Shown here in pieces: positions 36,411-50,528 of a stretch of 64,000 nt of DNA (position 1 is its first letter; the number at the start of each line of letters is the position of its first letter). A program made the position numbers and the translations under genes. The notes under the pieces are model-generated. The model saw nothing but the letters and a program-made list of their open reading frames with translations, ran no database searches and was not told the origin of the DNA. The stretch is from the NCBI RefSeq assembly GCF_001447785.1, contig NW_015163613.1, positions 509,794 through 573,793 on the forward strand, in the 5' to 3' direction. Source of the DNA: Gekko japonicus. Lineage: Eukaryota.

Positions 36411-37675
36411 TTCCAGGACTGTACAACTAAGTGAGCTTATCTGAAAGACTTTCCAAGCTTTCAGGTAAGCCTTTTATAAATGACAGCACATAGACTCAGA
36501 ATACCTAAACTGCACAACCCATGTAAGGATTATGCCAGTTCTTATGTTTATTAACACTAGCTCAACAATGTAGTAGAATCAATACAGATGGAAGTGAATT
36601 GGATAAATTGACCAACAACCAATAATATTGTCCTTTTAGATCATACATTAAGATTTGATAAAGCAATCCTCTACTTGTATTCATATTTTTAAAAAGCTTC
36701 CATTCCCATATTATGGTTTAATCCTGTTTGGAATCACTAAGCCTTTCCCTTCATTTAAGTGGATGTAATTATGTTGTCTTTCATACCTGATTAAACACTT
36801 CAAAATCATTTTCTCTCTAGCAATGCACAATGTGGTATAGCTAACATCTACTTGGAAATGTTTGGCTTGAAAAATAGTTCTTACCATGACAAGGTAAAAT
36901 GAATGAGTTACTATCAAGAAAAAGGTGATAGATAGTATTGCCCCTTTGAACAGTTGGTCATTATTTAAGAACAGCTATAGTGGCTCTGGGGAAGCGGGCA
37001 ACTTTAATGGAGCCCTAAATATCCATTTAGGGTAAAATGAAAGTTAAAAGAGTTAAACCAAGATTCATTATGTAATTATCAATGCAAAAGAATTTGTATT
37101 TCCTTTACCCTTCTATTTTACTTTGTGTTTATCCTGCTAGGTAAAATGCTGGTCCATAAATATTTTATAAAAACAGAAAAACTTCTTTTTGCCTACTACT
37201 TGCAGAAGCACACATCTGTTAGGCAGTAGGCTTACTTGTTATTGCTTCTCAAGCATCACCCTTATTTTTTGCCTATGAATCCTGCCATTAATACTGCATT
37301 TCACACGAGTTGTAAGCTTATGATTCTCGAACACCACCTCTTTCTAGAAAGCGCATTTCCAGCTCAAATAGAGCAAGGAAGACATTGTTGCCCATCTCCC
37401 TGGAGAAAATTAAAGAACCAGACGTGTTGAGGAGTAGTAATGGCAGCAGTTTAATGCAGCCATTCAGTTACTGGGACAGTTACTGGGAAGGCATACCTGT
37501 TTAAAGCCGTCCTGTCTTTCCAAAATGTGATTTTTACAGTAGAGTTTGGAGTTTTGAGACAAGGTATTCACCTAACTTGAAATGAATATGAAACTTAGTA
37601 CTTCAGTAAATTCTAAAAGGTGATGGATATTTGCCAAGTTTTTAGAGTTAATATTGGGATTTTTACCCTATGTAG

Positions 37676-37738
37676 ATTGATCCAAACAGTATTGCTGCCC
37701 GAGATGGACGGATCCGCGAAGGAGATCGGATTTTACAG
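37676..37738 (+). CDS. PDZRN4: PDZRN4 internal exon, [21 protein letters not shown]
   Basis: Acceptor tatgtAG and donor GTatgt; 63 nt, phase 0. Classic PDZ motif [14 protein letters not shown]. Confidence 0.95.
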
Positions 37739-37892
37739 GTATGTTACTATAAGCCTTGTTTCCTACTCCAGTGCTTAACAAAGAGTATACTCCATGGTTT
37801 ATATGTATAATTAATAATCATTTCTGTCTCAACATCCGTTCCAGAGTAGAGAAGTTATATAACCATTATAGACTGGTTGTTTTACTGTAGCA

Positions 37893-38615
37893 TAGGGTTT
37901 TACTGGAAGAGACAGTAATGCTAGGAAGAGTTGAAGGCAGCAGGAAAAGAAGAAGACCTACCATGAGATGGATTCAGTAAAAGAAGCCATGGCCTTCAGT
38001 TTGCAAGACCTGAGCAAAGTTGTTAATTATAGGATGCTTTGGAGCAGGGGTCATTTTGTAGAAAAAGAGGTGCAGGAGCTCATTAGCATAACTCATTAGC
38101 ATATCTTATTTGCATATGCCACACCCCCTGACATCACTGGGAGTGTGTCAGAAGGCAACACCCACCGCTTAAGCTCCACTGGACTGTTTTGGATTGCTAG
38201 CTATTGGGGGGGGGAGGAACGTGCAGATCTGTCCTCACAGAGGAGGGAGAGCTTGTACCTGAATAGAACTTGGTCTTAAAGGTGCCACTGGACTGTTTTG
38301 GACTGGGAGGCTGGGGGGAGCTCTGCAACTTATCTGGCTGCTTCTTGCTCTGACTGTGGGCCGCTGGGAGCAGGGGGTGGGGCTTGTTGCATGTGCCTGC
38401 CCCCTGGGCTGTTTACTGCCGGAGCTCAGCTCCTGTGCGCTCCTGCAGGAAATGACCCCTGCTTTGGAGGTTATTAATGTATAGGGTCACCATAAGTTGG
38501 AAGACAGTTGATGGCACTTAACACACACACACACACAAGGAGGGCCTGGCATGATGTGGTCCATGGGGTTGCGAAGAGTTGGACTCAACTGTGAACAAAA
38601 ACAACAACAACACCA
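37893..38615 (+). mobile_element. RTE-BovB 3' fragments with (CA)n and (CAA)n tails, split by a MITE
   Basis: MLGRVEGSRKRRRPTMRW and GTCCATGGGGTTGCGAAGAGTTGGAC (BovB tail). Confidence 0.8.
38045..38461. mobile_element. hAT MITE, CAGGGGTCATTT family, inserted in an RTE-BovB fragment
   Basis: TIRs plus 8-bp TSD CTTTGGAG. Confidence 0.9.
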
Positions 38616-38981
38616 CACACAAGGTTCCATAGACAAACTTTTATAAACACCAGATATATGAAGTATCTAGTTGTATTTGAGATCATGTTTTTCACAGAGT
38701 ATTTCATATGAATTTTACTCACATCTCAGCTAATGTTTATATGCAGGATTTCTCAGTTCATTCATTGAATCATAGAGAGAAAAACTGCTGCTTGTGAAAG
38801 TTCCCCTTCCCTTTTTACCTGGTCACCACTACTGATAAATTGCTGGTTGTTACAAGAGCATGCAATTGTCATGTTTGCTTGGATAAATTTCAGTTTGAGG
38901 ATTGAACAGAGTACTTGGGGAGATCCATGCCGCAACCTCCCTCCCTTAACCTTACCTTTCTTGACATATCAAGCTGTAGGG

Positions 38982-39437
38982 TAGGGATCGCGAACACTTT
39001 TGAGCCTGAGGGTACCTTTGGAATTCTGACACAGTATGGAAGGTACAAGCACAAATTGCAGGAATTGGAGCCAACCAGAAAATGTCTGTCATGGGAGGTG
39101 AAGCCTACCACAAAACGTCAGGGAATGAAGTTACTCTGATAATAACTCTTCAGTATTTCAGGCAGAAACTCTGTTTAATAGGATGCCTTTTAAAATGAAC
39201 ATATCATTTAAAAATATTTTCATGCGTGCGAACACAATATTGTGTTGAAGTTCCTTGTGCTGTGGTAACAGCTGTTGCTGTAGCAACTTTTTAAAAATTA
39301 CACAGTTGATCAGCTCTCCAGTAGCCAATCAGAAGCCCAGCTGGGCAAAGGCCCCACCTGGTTCCACCCACTTTCTCAAAACTCTTGGCAGGTGCCAGGA
39401 AAGGTGTTGGACACTGTAGTGCCTGTGGGGACCCCTG
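38982..39437. mobile_element. hAT non-autonomous element
   Basis: 8-bp TSD CTGTAGGG (38974-38981 and 39438-39445); degenerate TAGGGATC/GACCCCTG ends. Confidence 0.75.
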
Positions 39438-42059
39438 CTGTAGGGAACTGATTGGCTGGATCCAAGAAGCAGTGAATGCCTCTTTGAGAGATTAATAAGG
39501 CACAAAACCAACCCTAAAGAGCCCCTCCCCTGGAATGCCAAGGCTTTTTATGTCTGTTTCATCTATCTTTATCTCACCCTTCCTCCAGAGAGCCTAGAGA
39601 TTGTGTACGTAGGGTTTTATTCCCCCCCATTCAATGTTAGGTTTACAACAACCTTAAACTGAAGACTGAAAGAGTCAGTGGTCCAGTAAGTTTCATAGCT
39701 GAGTAGTGATTTGAACTGGTATCTCTCAGTTCGCATCCAACACTCTAGCCACTATGCCAGACTACACTTCTGATAGAACACACCAAACCCTGCATATCAT
39801 GTGAGATCTCCCCGTCTGTCATAATGCATGCAGTGGCTAATGAGAAAGTTGTTCCTGTCACCAGGCCAACCAAGGCATTACTTCTTTACTAGGGAACTGG
39901 CTAGTTATCTACTCCTATCCAAGAGCAGCAACTAGCACTTCCATGGTAGTTTGTTTCTGGCCCATTCACTTCTGTTGCCTTTGGAACCACGTGGTTGGAT
40001 ACAGGCCATAAAAACTGCATTTGAAGATCCAGGAAAGCTAGAGAGTGTGCCTGCAAAACTGAACATATAAAAACTTCAGACTGTAATACAGTTTTCTCTA
40101 GCAAGGTCTTTTTCAAGGTCTACGAGCCATAAATATCCTAAGAAGAATGTGCAGGAGGGTTTGCTCTGCTACACAGCAGGCTGAGAACTTGATATGTTAG
40201 AAGACGGAAGGTTTGTTTCTAAAACCTATACATGTTTATTTAATACATTTTTGGCAATGCTGATGTCAAAAGCATAAAATTTAGAATTCCTCTCAAGCAT
40301 TCTAATACTTTTCATTTTTGCTCCTGACCACTATTATCTGTGTGTGTACTTGCCAATTATTCTTTGGAGATGTTTGGGTGAATTTTCATTCACTTGTCTA
40401 GCAGTGCTTGTTGGCAATGGCAAGTTGGTTTTGTACAAACCTCCCTATAATTGCTATATATTAATTCAGCTTGCATGAAAGCCCACGGAATGTTTCAAGA
40501 TCAGTCTGATTCCATCCCAACAGTTCTTTCATTTCCTCAGGAAACATCTTTGCTGAAAACATAGCTTTATTTCTTACTGCACTATCAGATCAGGGAATCA
40601 AACAAATCTCTGGAACACAATAAAAACTGCAAGTTACCTGAATGAAACAGCCCTTACTCTGAAGGAAAATTATAAGCCATGGTTGAGTATGAAGGCTTGT
40701 GCTGGGATACGTTATTTTATTTCTTTGTCTTGTAGAGAATATGAAAAAAGGCTTCCTAGTATCCAAATTGTAGAGTAAAAATTACTTATATCTCAGTACC
40801 TTACTTTGATTGGATGTTTGAGTGATATGAATTTTAGATGCACCAGAATTGAAAAGCAGTGGGCCATGTAACAGATCTGTCCGTGTCACTGCACAAGTTT
40901 TTATATTCAGGGTACTGGCTTTATATACTCTGTGCTTTAAAAAAAATTACCAAGATAACCAAGGTCTGTACCAGGGCAGAATAATCTGTATAAACTATGT
41001 AAACTAAACTTAGTCACACACATTTGCATTTTTTGCTTTGTCTAGTTCTAGAGAGAAGCTCCGACCCCTCTTTGCCTTTTGAGACTTCATTAAATATTGT
41101 CCACGTACATGCTTATGCAAAGCATAGGACTAGCACCTTGGGGTTTTTTTAAAAAAAAAATGAAAGTGCAAATTGCTGGAATATTGAATTCTGCCACAGT
41201 TACCAAAATCTGTGGGCTTTGTGCTTATAGGACAGGCTTTTTTCCATGATATTTTCCTTGAATGTATTGGAAGGTATAGGTACAGCATACACTGAATACC
41301 TTTTATAATTTGCCTTGATGCCTAAATAATCTGTTGGGACTAATGATGGAGAAGTCCAAATACAGGGGAAAATATGCTAGAAGAGACAGGGCTTTTGGCA
41401 AATGATATATCTGTTGTATATGTGGCTGTGCTAATATATGGGCAGGAGTCTGATAATTAAGATTATCACAAAATTAATGGGGGGTTGTCTTTCACACTGG
41501 ACAATGTACTGGCTCCCTGCCTACCCTTGAGATAAATCAGAGGAATAGAATTTGGCAATCTTATTTTGCAAGGATGACGTTAAAGTAATTGCAAGATTTT
41601 AGTGATACAGAATTTTCTGAAGGACAAGTGAAGTCTCTGGAAACCCAGTTACTTCTTTCCGGGTTTTTCTCCCAACAAAATATCCTGTATTTTCCTTATA
41701 AGCTTCCGTTAGCATGATTTATGTAGTACTTTCTGCAGTATGAGATATAAATTTGTTATATTTGTATATTAGGATTCTGGTTGCAGTTCAGTCCTGGATT
41801 ATGGTTGTACTTCAGTCCCTTTGAAATTGATGGTGGGGAATCCAGTCGTTCTAGTAGATCTGAATTACAGCCACAAAATAAAACTATAAAGGCCCTTGTA
41901 AAATCCTATTTGAATCCACAGACACCTGTGTTTGTTCTGTTGCTTATGTAGAATCACTGACATCTCTGTTTCTATTCATGGCAGGGTGGCTGGGTTTAGT
42001 GGTCTCAGTAGCATAAGGTATCGTTAACAGGACTGTGATCCAGGGTGCGATTAAATGAA

Positions 42060-42543
42060 CCAACTACTTAATTGTAAAAGATGACTGTTGTTCAGGGTTT
42101 GTTTGATTTACTTCACATTTATATTTCTGAATAAGTAAAAAGAGTAAGCCCTCAGAGATTTTGACTAGAGTTTGAGGGTATATATAGCACCTAGTGATGC
42201 GGTCCACGCTGGTGTGACAGGGTGTTTTGTTTTGTTTGTTTTTTGTGATGGTACTAACCATTACTGAACACCTTTTTGGAAGGCTCTCTTGTCAGGATCC
42301 AACTACTTAATTGTAAAAGATGACTGTTGTTCAGGGTTTGTTTGATTTACTTCACATTTATTTTTCTGAATATGTAAAAAGAGTAAGCCCTCAGAAATTT
42401 TGACTAGAGCTTGAGAGTATATATAGCGCCTAGTGATGTGGTCCATGCTGGTGTGACAAGATATTTTGTTTTGTTTTCTTTGTTTTTGTGATGGTACTAA
42501 CCATTACTGAACACCTTTTTGGAAGGCTCTCCTGTCAGAATCT
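42060..42543. repeat. Tandem duplication of a ~239-bp unit
   Basis: CCAACTACTTAATTGTAAAAG...AGGCTCTC.TGTCAG starts at 42060 and again at 42299, with scattered substitutions. Confidence 0.95.
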
Positions 42544-43429
42544 ATGTGCACCTGTGTGCCCTATTCAGCCAAAGGAAGAGCGAGTGGACTTTCAGGTAAT
42601 GGCTCATTTAGAGCTAAGCCTTTGTTGCATTCCTAATACAGAGTATCCACTTCCTCAGACTTCTGCCAAATCCTTTCCATCAAACTTACCCTGTGGGATG
42701 ACAGTGGCAGGAAGTCCTCCCACCCGTAGAGGCATCAGGCTTAAGGCTTGAACAGAATATTCACAGATATTTTCTTGCAAAGAAGATGGAACTTGGTGGT
42801 GATGCCCACCTGCAATCTCTCTGCTAAGGCCCTGACCCATGGGCGAAAAGCCATCCCCTCAGGGCCCTGCTGCAGTGCAGAGGCTAGTGCCCAGTCCAGC
42901 CCTCAAATCGGGTATGACATATCTGGTGTCCTGGAAGGGCTTGAGGCCACACACCATTTGAAATATATATTTTTTAGTTTTGCTAACAAACAAAAACAAA
43001 CAAGAACAAACAAACAAGAGATAGAGGATAGACAGACAGACTACAATTATACATAAATGACCGTCTTTCATGAACACAAACATAAGCACTAGGGATGGTC
43101 ATGGACCAAAATATTGAGGTTCATGGGGGTTCAGGGTTCATGGGTTTCATGAACCACAAACATTTCCATTTTATGAATTAATTCATGGTTCATGAGTTTT
43201 CTGATGGAGGGCTTGCAAAAACCATTTAAAGGGATGTGTTCCCCACCACAACCACTGTGGTGATGCCATGCGGAAGTCAACTCAGAAGACATTTGAGTGC
43301 CTTTTGAAGGCATTTAAATGCCTTCTTAGTCCACTTCCACATTGTGTCGCCACCGCAGCACAACGCAAGGTTGCTCAGAAGGCATTTGTTTGTTAATTCA
43401 AAATGTCTTTTTTTAAGGTATTTTACTTT

Positions 43430-45360
43430 TTTCTGCACTTCTACTTCTAACAAATCCAATTGGTTTTAAGTTGTTTCATCTCAGCTTGTTCTTATTACCA
43501 GTGGTTTTGAATTCTTGTTCCAATACCATTGTTTTATCTGTTATTTTCTTTATGGAATCTTGTTTTTCTTTTTTCTTTCTTACAGTTATTGCCAATAAAG
43601 TTCCCCTGATATAAGCCTTGCTGGCTTCCCATATTGTTGATTATGTAATTTTATTAGTATTGTTAACATTGAAGTATTCTGTTAGATCTTTCTTGCATTG
43701 TTATTTTACTTCCATCTTGTAGTAAGAGTGTATCATTTAATCTCCATCTTTCTTTCTTTCCTGCTCCCACTCTTCCAAGTTAATTCTATTGGATTGTGGT
43801 CCACTAGAATCTTGGGTAAAATCTCCACTTTTCTCATTTTTGTAATTAAAGTTTTGGATATTCAGTACATGCCAATTCTTGAATATGATTGATGTCTGTC
43901 CAAAAAAGTACATAAAGTCTCTTTCATCTGAGTGAAGGGTTCGCCAAATATCTTCCATTTCTAAAATTGCTATGTATTTGAATACATTCTTTGGGAGTTT
44001 TCCACCAACATTTTTAGATCTGTTTTTTTTAGGATCAAGGTCCCCATTCATATCTCTGCATATCAGAATTTCACCTTTGTAGAAGTCTGACAGTGTTTGG
44101 TAGAGCTTTTCAAATAATTAATTCTTATTTTCAATTGGTGCATATATTGATGTCACTGTCCAAATTTGCCCTTCTGGTACTCTGATCTTCAGAATAAGCA
44201 GAGGTCATTTCGGGGGGGGAACGCGGGGGAACGCAGTTCCCCCGGGTGAGGTACAGGGGGCACATGATGAAGCCCCGCCCCCTGCTTCCGGCCGCCCTGC
44301 TTCCGGCCCTCATTCAGCCAGGAGGAGGCAGGAAAAGAGGGAGGGTAAGTTGCTTCCTCCCTGCCTCTTCCCACCCCTGCCCGCCTGGGGCCAGGGAGGG
44401 CCTTCACGGGGCTTCCTTGCACTCCTGCCGGCCTTGCAGGTCCACCGCCGGGCCCCTCATGGGGCTCGGCAGTGGAGATGCAAGGCCGGCAGTGGCGGCC
44501 GGGACCGTTGGGGGCGGGGTGTGTGGCCTTATGACACATTTCCGGTGATGTCAGGGGGTGTGGCCTTATGACACACTTCCGGTGATGTCAGGGGTGTGGC
44601 ATATGCTAATGAGTTATGCTAATGAGTTCCCCTAGCTCTTTTTCTACGAAATGACCCCTGAGAATAAGATATCTTCCATTCTGGTCCTTTAATTCTTCAA
44701 GGTCTTCTAGGCTTTGATTATTGATATGTATTGCTATGCCTTTTTTCTTAGTTCACACAGAGGCAGTATAGACTTTACCCAATCTTACACAATTTAATAA
44801 ATGTTCTTGATTTTTTTGATATTGGTTTCTTGGATACATAAGGTATCTCCTCTGAATGTCTTCAATTGATTAAAGGTTTTTCATAGTTTAGATGGAAAAT
44901 TTAATCCATTCAGATTCACAAAGATTATTTTGAACTCATTTATTCCCCCCCTTTTTTTCTTTGTTTCCCCTTCCTCTTCTTTGGGTGAGGGCCCAGGGTC
45001 ATCACATCCTGAGCTTTGATTGCTGTCATTCACTGTCAATTGCTGCAGGAGTTCTGCTGCCTGTTTCAGTGTTGTTGTTCTTTTATTACCTTTTGCTGGT
45101 AATTTCTATATGTTTGTATTTCTTATCCTTCAATTTTAAGTGGTCCTCTCCTGTGTTGTAATAAAATTGGCTTATTTCTTGCAGAGGAAATCTCAGTCCT
45201 TATTTTTTTGTATGTTTTCTTTGGTGTCTTGTTGAAGTTGAGTTAGCAAGCCTGTATTCTCTGGTTTGAGTTCGGTTGCCAAGGTTTTGATTTGTCAAAA
45301 GAAGGATTTCTCTAACTTTTCAGTAATAATATCAACAGGCCTGTAGCCTGTTCAATTTAG
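43430..45360 (-). mobile_element. Decayed L1-clade fragment (end of ORF1 and ORF2 endonuclease), interrupted by a hAT MITE
   Basis: Very A-rich minus strand; EN-like peptides NLNGLN and MEDIWRTLHSDERDF. Confidence 0.65.
44199..44660. mobile_element. hAT MITE, CAGGGGTCATTT family, inserted in an L1 fragment
   Basis: TIRs plus 8-bp TSD AGAATAAG. Confidence 0.9.
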
Positions 45361-46129
45361 GGCACTTTTTAGAAAGTTGGAGGGCACTGAAATTTGTGCA
45401 TGTCCCCCATGCGCAACCCATCTTCTTCCCCAAAACATTTAAACTTTAAATGCTTTGGGGGAGAAGCAGGGGAAGGCTGCATGCACACCTGGACTCCAAG
45501 CTGTGAATTGGGGGGGGGGAAGGGGAAAGTCTGCCCGCCTCCCCTTCCCCTCCCCAGCCAACCCATTGCAGCTGGCTGGCTGGGCGGGCTGGCTGGGCGG
45601 GCAGGCAGACATGGAGAAGATTGGGCAGGGAACCCAGGCATGTTTAAAATGCCTTTCTTTCCCTTCCCCATCAGGGGAGGGGGGGAAGGCATTTAAACCT
45701 CCCCAGGCGGGGGGGGGGGTTCTGCAGGCCTTCCCTGGCACTTCGGCCTTGGCAGGCGGGCCAGGAAAGGCAGGGGGGGGTGCCCCTGGGCTTCTTACTG
45801 TCGGAGCATTGTTCTGCCATGCTCCAGCAAGAAATGTTTAAAAATTCTTCTAAAATAGTTGTCTCTTAAGTTCAAGCCAATTTTTTGTTGTTCCAAGTAA
45901 AAAACAATTATAGCTTTGTAAACTTGGGGTATTTTTCTATCCCACAAATATATTATCCAGGTTGTCAGGAAGGGCTGTATCTCTGCAGAACACTTAAAAT
46001 GGTTCTTTGGATCACATTTTCCTTAAAGAACTCCTGGGATATTTTTTACTCCAGTATATTAAATAGTGGTAGGCTCGCCAGCTCTGAGTTGGGAAATACC
46101 TGGAGATTTTTGGGGTGGAGCCTGAGCAG

Positions 46130-46230
46130 TGGGTGTTGCCTTCTGACACACTTCCGGTGATGTCGGGGTGTGTGGCATATGCAAATAAGTTATGCTGATG
46201 AGTTATGCTAATGAGCTCCTGCACCTCTTT
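46130..46230. mobile_element. Partial copy of the same hAT MITE fused to a TAGGGTTGCC-family fragment
   Basis: ACACTTCCGGTGATGTC...ATGCAAAT...ATGCTAATGAG block shared with the other copies. Confidence 0.7.
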
Positions 46231-47626
46231 GGCAGAAGTCTGAGGGGTGGATACTCTGTATTAGGAATGCAACAAATGCTTAGCTCTAAATGATCCATTG
46301 CCTGAGAACAGGTTGATCTTAAACAAGTGAAACTGAATCTGAACTGAGCATTTGAATGAGAGTCAGACTATATCTGATGGCATCCACAGGTCAAACCTAT
46401 GGATGCCATTGCTGGTTTTAAAAGATTTAAATATGCTGCAGGTGAGTATGACAAGCTGAGGCACTCTTGTTGTCACACACCCCTTTTCAAATTGTGTATT
46501 CAAAGAGACAAGAATGCCTCATCCTGCCACACTGTGGACACAATCAAGATCAAGCCCTCACAATATTTTAAAATATTTTTAAAATGGCAGCAGCATTCAC
46601 AGGTGGGACCAATGGACATTGTCATGTCTAGTTTGGCCTTGAGATTACAGCACTCCCAGTTGTGAAGTGGAGTGGGCTTGCCCATGTTTGTTATAATTAA
46701 GACTGATAGTACAAGCCTTATTTTCAGATTTAAATAATGTGCACATATAGTTTCTTTTGCCTTGCTTTTGTTCTCAACTACTATGACTATAAATTTGGGT
46801 AGAATGAGTTGTAGGTTCAGTGGGATTTGGAAAAGTTTATCTGTGCCACATACAGATATGTGTCTTTCTCTGCAAATGTGTACACAAATACATTTCAAAT
46901 TTGGCAGCATTTCTGTGCATTGTTCATCTGTTGTCTGCATTTGCAATTCCTTATTTAGGCATAATTAGTATATACTACAGGCACAATCACAGAACTATGC
47001 TCAGAAGCTGGAAGAAAACATGGTTTTTACTTTTTAATTTTTACTGAAGGTGCCTTGTTAACTTCCACAGTATACATTTATTATAAATTTTGGCCCTCAA
47101 CCACACATGTGTGTTGGTAGTGTATGTATGTGCACACATATAAAATAATTAAACAAAACAGCAGTGGACTGTAAGTATTGCCTAGTGAGAGATAATACTG
47201 TAGACCTCTAATTGGCTCTCTCTAAGCTTCCAGTGTGACTGATTTCAGCTGTAGTATTACCAGTCTTGCTTCCACCAGCACTATTATCCCAGACTGACAC
47301 TTCCATTACTCTGAACGGAGAAAGATGAACGTCACCTGTCAAGGGCTGGTTAATTGTGTTGCTAGATGTATGTTGCCAGGGTGCAGGTTGGACATTTATG
47401 AACATAACTGCTTCCTCTGATGTCCGCCATCCTTCAACAATCGATACTGCTCTTACAGTAAGCGCATAATTGAGTGAAGGCACTTACCACTGAGGGGGCT
47501 GAAGATGAGTCCATTGTGTGAGCTTCATTGTCCATACATTTACCACAAATGAGCTGATATTTGCTCTATATTGTGTGTTGTGCTGCGGAAATGGAAACTA
47601 ATGTGCCACTTTCATTTGTTTTCTAG

Positions 47627-47728
47627 ATAAACGGCCAAGATGTCCAGAACAGGGAGGAGGCAGTAGCATTGCTCTCCAGTGACGAATGCAAGAAAATTGT
47701 GTTGCTGGTAGCAAGACCCGAGATGCAG
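47627..47728 (+). CDS. PDZRN4: PDZRN4 internal exon, [34 protein letters not shown]
   Basis: Acceptor ttttctAG and donor GTaaga; 102 nt, phase 0. Completes the PDZ domain (ING...EAV.LL...LLVAR). Confidence 0.95.
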
Positions 47729-49766
47729 GTAAGAGTAAACAGATGCATTGAGAAAAGACTAGTTTGAAGCCGTAGATAATGAACAACTGAAAAATAGCAA
47801 TGCAGAGGTTTGTGTCAAAGTGGAGAAAATGAAAATAAATAGACTTTACTATTTCATAGCTAGAGACATAAACAACATTAATGAGAGCTTGATTATCAAT
47901 GAGTCTCTAAAATCAAATGAACCTACACATTATCTACCTGATATTCTAATGTTAATGAGATTCTTAACAAAAAGAAAGAGAGAGGTTAGGAATTCATTGT
48001 TGATTTTTTTTCATTACTGTGCCAGATGGTGCTGTATTTACTCGAAAGAAAGATGACCATGAATTTAAGACCCCTCCCCCAGTGTTATATATATACACAG
48101 ATACACACTAATTATTATTTGTGTAACTGTAACTTGTATGCAAACTTAAGACAAGTACCTCTTTTTCATGGCAGACTTGGGGGGGGGGGATGTAGTCTTG
48201 CATTTGACCAAATTCTGTATTGCTTCGTTTCAGAGGGTAGCCATGTTGGTCTGCAGTAGAACAGTAGATCTGACAAAGTGAGCTTTGACCCTCAAAAGCT
48301 CACACCCCGATAACCTTGTTGGTCTCTAAAGTGCTACTCAAATCTAGCTGTAATTGTTTAGGGTCTGCTACTTTAGAAGTTGACTGATACGGGATTGTGG
48401 CTTTTTTTTGTATGGCATTTGACTAATATTTACAGCAAGGTTCAGATTTCTACATAATACAATAAATAGATGAAACAATAAAAATTGTCTGTGTGTGTGT
48501 GTGTGTCCCATACTTTTCAAGCAGCATTTAAATGTTTAGCAAAAGGTGACTCTCTGCAATTTACAGAATCAAAATGTCCCTTTCGCTTTTATGAACATGT
48601 TTTGTGTGTGTGTGTGTGTTTGGGCAAAAGGAAATATTAGGCATATTACTAAAGAAGGAGATATAGTTGCAGAACTATTTGGGCTTCCTTTTATCCTGTT
48701 TTTAAACCCACAAAGCAAAAAGTACATTCTATTGACACTATTCAATCCATCTGTCATTGGTTGAGGCAAAGTTGGTTATATTGCCATTTGTCCCTCATGT
48801 TATTGATCTGATATCTTTCAGAGCTAGTAACTACACAATCTCTATAAATTACATCAAGTAAATGTAATTCAATGTCACCTGGAATCCCTCCTTGACTATA
48901 GTAGTTATACAAGATCACAGTTTGAAGCATATATTTCCTTTATAGTCCTGCACATTCTAAATGGCCCCAATAAAAGAAGCTGTATACCAGAGCAGAGGAA
49001 AGCAATTCACCTCAGGTTTATGTTGCTTGGATATGGCTCTTGTAGGCTTAGATAATTCTCCCAAACTATAAAAGGTTGCTGAAACAGCCCTCCTTATAGA
49101 CTTAAGGGCTTTTATATTACTATGGGATACATCTTTGTGGATTCAAATATATAACAAACAGCCTGCCATAAGTCTGTCCTTGCCAATATGGAAAAATGGC
49201 CTTAAAGCAGAAGGATTGGGCAATACTTTCTAAGATATGACTTCCAGTATTCTTTCCTGGGCACAGAAATGAAGGTACATCTACTTTGAAGTACATCACA
49301 TTAAGATTCCTGGCTCAAAGCTGCCTTTGCTGTTGCAAGCAGTCTCTAAAGGCTTTTTCAGTTTCTCTTTGAGGCCCAGTCCTGCTGTCCTCTAGATCAT
49401 AGGAGATTCTGCCAGAGACAGCAAAATGAAACAAGAAGTGAGGGGAAATACTTTATGGACAAGGCTCAGTTCCCAGGATCTCCACTTAAAAGGATCAGAT
49501 TGTACATGATATAAAAGACTTCTACTCAAAACCCCGGAGAGCCAGTGTGAGTCAAAGTATACAGTGGCGGCCGCAAGAGACCACTGGTCTGACTCAGTGT
49601 AAGGTAGCTTCATGTTTACATGACAGTCCTCCAAAAATGATCATCTGTAAATGTTCTTAAATGCACACCGAGAACACACTCATATTCTTAAACAGCTTGA
49701 TCTTATGCATTTTTATGCAGAAATGTGTTCCACTGAGTACATTAGGATTTGCATCCAGATAACAAC

Positions 49767-49970
49767 GTTTGAGCCCAGTGGCACCTTTAAGACCAACAAG
49801 TCTTAGTCATGGTATAATCTTTCATGTGCAAGCACACATCCTCAGATACCTGTGTGTGCTTGCACACGAAAGTTTATACCATGAATAAAACTTTGTTGGT
49901 CTTAAAGGTGCCACTGGGCTCAAACTTTATTCTGCTATTTCAGACCAACATGGCTAACCCACCTGAATCC
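49767..49970. mobile_element. Penelope-derived palindromic element (related pieces at 5562-5685 and 48235-48345)
   Basis: Inverted arms GTTTGAGCCCAGTGGCACCTTTAAGACCAACAA and TTGTTGGTCTTAAAGGTGCCACTGGGCTCAAAC. Confidence 0.7.
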
Positions 49971-50064
49971 TTCTTCCAGATAAGTATGTATAGAGCCACA
50001 ACTGAAAATCAGAGGCTGACTAATTAAAATTATGATTCACAGCATAAACAATATCAGATACATC

Positions 50065-50528
50065 CAGGGGTCGTTTCGTAGAAAAAGAGCTAGGGGAACT
50101 CATTAGCATAACTCATTAGCATATGCCACACCCCCTGACATCACCGGAAGTGTGTCATAAGGCCACACCCCCTGACGTCACTGGAAGTGTGTCATAAGGC
50201 CACACCCACCACTCAGTTAGTCTTAGTCTTAAAGGTTAGTCTTAAAGGTGCTATTTGAACTCTTGGACTATTTTGCAGCAACAGACTAACACAGCTACCT
50301 CAGGGAAGCTCCTGGATGGGGCTGGGAGTCCTTGCGGAGGCCACGTGGAGTGGCCTCGGCCAGGCAGAGGGGGAGGATGCCAACTTACCCTCCTGCTTCT
50401 TCCTCCTTCTGCAACAGAATGAGGCTGGAAGCAGGGGGCGGCTGGAAGAGGGGGGCGGGGCTTCGTCGTGTGCCCCGCCCCCTGCACCTCACCCGGGGGA
50501 ACTGCGATCCCCCCTGAATCGACCTCTG
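50065..50528. mobile_element. hAT MITE, CAGGGGTCATTT family
   Basis: TIRs plus 8-bp TSD GATACATC. Confidence 0.9.
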
